Below, one piece after another: positions 62,971-64,000 of a stretch of DNA of 64,000 nt (position 1 is its first letter; every line of letters begins with the position of its first letter). This stretch comes from Botryllus schlosseri (Eukaryota): positions 8,556,001-8,620,000 of the forward strand of contig CM119378.1 of the NCBI GenBank assembly GCA_051294905.1. The letters run 5' to 3'. Made by a program: the position numbers and the translations under genes. Below the pieces are notes generated by a model that had not been told where the DNA came from, did no database searches, and saw only the letters and a list, made by a program, of their open reading frames with translations.

Positions 62971-64000
62971 TTTTCAACGCATCGGTTTTTGAGGGATGAG
63001 GGAACTGTTGCCTCGTTTGTTATTATTATAAGAATTATTATCTGAAACCTAACCATATTTTTGCCTACTTTCAAGCTTAAGCCAGACGTAATAGACATTT
63101 AGCATAATCTGTGATCCCGGCTATCTGAGACAAGACAGAGACAGGCTGAACCATCTAAATCGCCAACTGAACTTCGGCTGAAATTATCCGTTTATGAAAT
63201 TGGTGAAGTAGGATGCTAAACACATCGTCAACATATATGTTTCACAAGCATTCAAAAACTAGACATAACATTCTTACTTGCAAAAATATCGATAATGTTC
63301 TCCGCAGCCATCCTCGCTCTAGCTGGGACAGATAAGAAATGGGAAAAAAATACACAGGAGACCAAATGATATAGAATAACTTACGCAAACAAAATGCCAG
63401 TAAATTATTCAAATATCAAATTTAATAATTCAGAGACTGCGCGGCTCAAATTCCAGTTTGCAAAAGTAGGCGTCACCTGGCGATATCGTCTAATAATAAT
63501 GGCCGTCGTTTGCAGCCTGTCATTCACAATATAACACACCTTCATTGAAGAGTTATTGGCGTACCGGACCGCACCGGCGTAAACCAAGAAGTGACATGAA
63601 AATTTTTTCCATCATAAATACTATTATTTCAAAAAATAGCCGAAATCTCAATTTGAGATCGCACGGCTTCCTACTGGTTGGAATTGACCCAAATTTGGTG
63701 TGAAGCGTTTTTTTAAGCAACCTATCAATTTAATCACTACGCAAGTGAGATTTGGCAAGTTATTTTTAACAACTCCATTTGTACACTTGGTGATTTCTAA
63801 CAAAATTCGATTGCAACAAGAATTTTCGACATCAAATTTTCATGAGACTTTCGAAGTATAATTCTGGCTATATAAGTGTCTCTGTATTGGTTTTGGAATA
63901 GTTCAACAATCCATATTTGCTCTGATCCAATCCAAACGAAACAAGTAAGGGCAGAATAAAACCACCACAATCACATTCGAATAAAATGACAAATTTCTTT

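Noticed and set aside
63287-63331. 45-nt minus-strand exon-like segment (strong acceptor, GTAAGA donor)
   Set aside because: Could not be joined in frame to TTC12 or identified; left unassigned.

Overview
Eukaryotic, AT-rich, intron-containing animal DNA; the six-frame ORF track misses most genes because they are split into short exons. Minimal introns of 53-65 nt mixed with MITE-filled introns suggest a compact invertebrate genome, possibly an ascidian (inference). Six spliced genes were reconstructed by hand from GT..AG boundaries and phase continuity: (1) TRAM1-family translocon gene, minus strand, 10 exons, 374 aa; (2,3) a tandem pair of paralogues of an uncharacterised single-TM protein with a 'Q-x-K-x-LYGPLYGNR' motif, gene A having a mitochondrial-type presequence; (4) a 543-aa orphan, probably disordered; (5) a partial TTC12-like ARM-repeat gene, minus strand; (6) a coiled-coil gene with a duplicated exon. 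Much of the rest is transposon-derived: hAT MITEs and deletion derivatives with 8-bp TSDs (several nested up to three deep), a deleted Ty3/Gypsy element with an open integrase ORF, a LINE 3' remnant, tRNA-type SINEs and a foldback element. The most unexpected signal is a set of small Penelope-like inverted or tandem insertions carrying minimal type-I hammerhead ribozyme motifs: five copies of one family (with stem I covariation) and a second, recent perfect-hairpin insertion whose core looks like a U3-A8/C4 variant. There is one assembly gap (36204-36358).
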